DNA of 64,000 nucleotides from Bryobacteraceae bacterium (GTDB lineage Bacteria; Acidobacteriota; Terriglobia; Bryobacterales; Bryobacteraceae): NCBI GenBank assembly GCA_050789245.1, contig JBOZRR010000029.1, positions 5,556 to 69,555 of the forward strand, read 5' to 3'. Shown piece by piece: positions 63,959 to 64,000 of this stretch (position 1 is its first letter; each line of letters starts with the position of its first letter). The notes under the pieces were generated by a model. It saw only the letters and a program-made list of their open reading frames with translations, ran no database searches and was not told where the DNA came from. The position numbers and the translations under genes were made by a program.

Positions 63959-64000
63959 TCAGTCGGTGAACATGCCTTCGAAGAGAGCCGAGGTCAGGTA
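63959..64000 (-). CDS. 3' end of an unidentified gene truncated by the window edge
   Basis: The reverse frame reads ...YLTSALFEGMFTD-stop, followed by the terminator above. Confidence 0.35.
   Translation of the reverse strand, partial: YLTSALFEGMFTD

Overview
GC-rich bacterial chromosomal window. The gene content and style (many Tat-signal Gfo/Idh/MocA oxidoreductases, DUF1080, LptD, a full ISC operon) suggest Acidobacteriota, but this is an inference with no search behind it. About three quarters is ordinary housekeeping: hemA plus a fused hemC-hemD, folD, coaE, an HtrA-like protease, argS, acnA, clpS, lptD, zapA with a zapB-like gene, rpmI-rplT, iscRSUA-hscBA-iscX, a sugar-phosphate transferase, tRNA-Gly(TCC) and tmRNA (ssrA). 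Many long ORFs in the six-frame track are antisense or alternate-frame artefacts of the high GC content and were not called.

Four accessory stretches stand out:
- 40.4-45.9 kb, abutting the 3' end of ssrA. It holds four tandem, signal-peptide-bearing paralogues whose conserved core resembles the PI3/PI4-kinase/HipA catalytic loop. It also holds an exported HMA-like CxxC protein and a duplicated small-ORF/nucleotidyltransferase module bounded by a 132-bp near-identical direct repeat.
- 31.6-36.1 kb. It holds an MNT-HEPN pair with a coupled third gene. It also holds a lysyl-oxidase-like copper enzyme with the Cu and LTQ residues intact, a decayed second copy of that gene, and an exported oligogalacturonate-lyase-family propeller.
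- 22.4-27.1 kb. A Tat-exported oxidoreductase is translationally coupled to two paralogous polytopic membrane proteins. The last of these has no stop codon until deep inside the antisense strand of argS.
- 38.7-40.4 kb. A CorA-type GMN pore is fused to a long unassigned N-terminal region.

No CRISPR array, integrase, transposase or rRNA was seen. All coordinates and motifs were read by eye from the sequence and ORF track. Family names are recognition-based and need HMM or structure confirmation.
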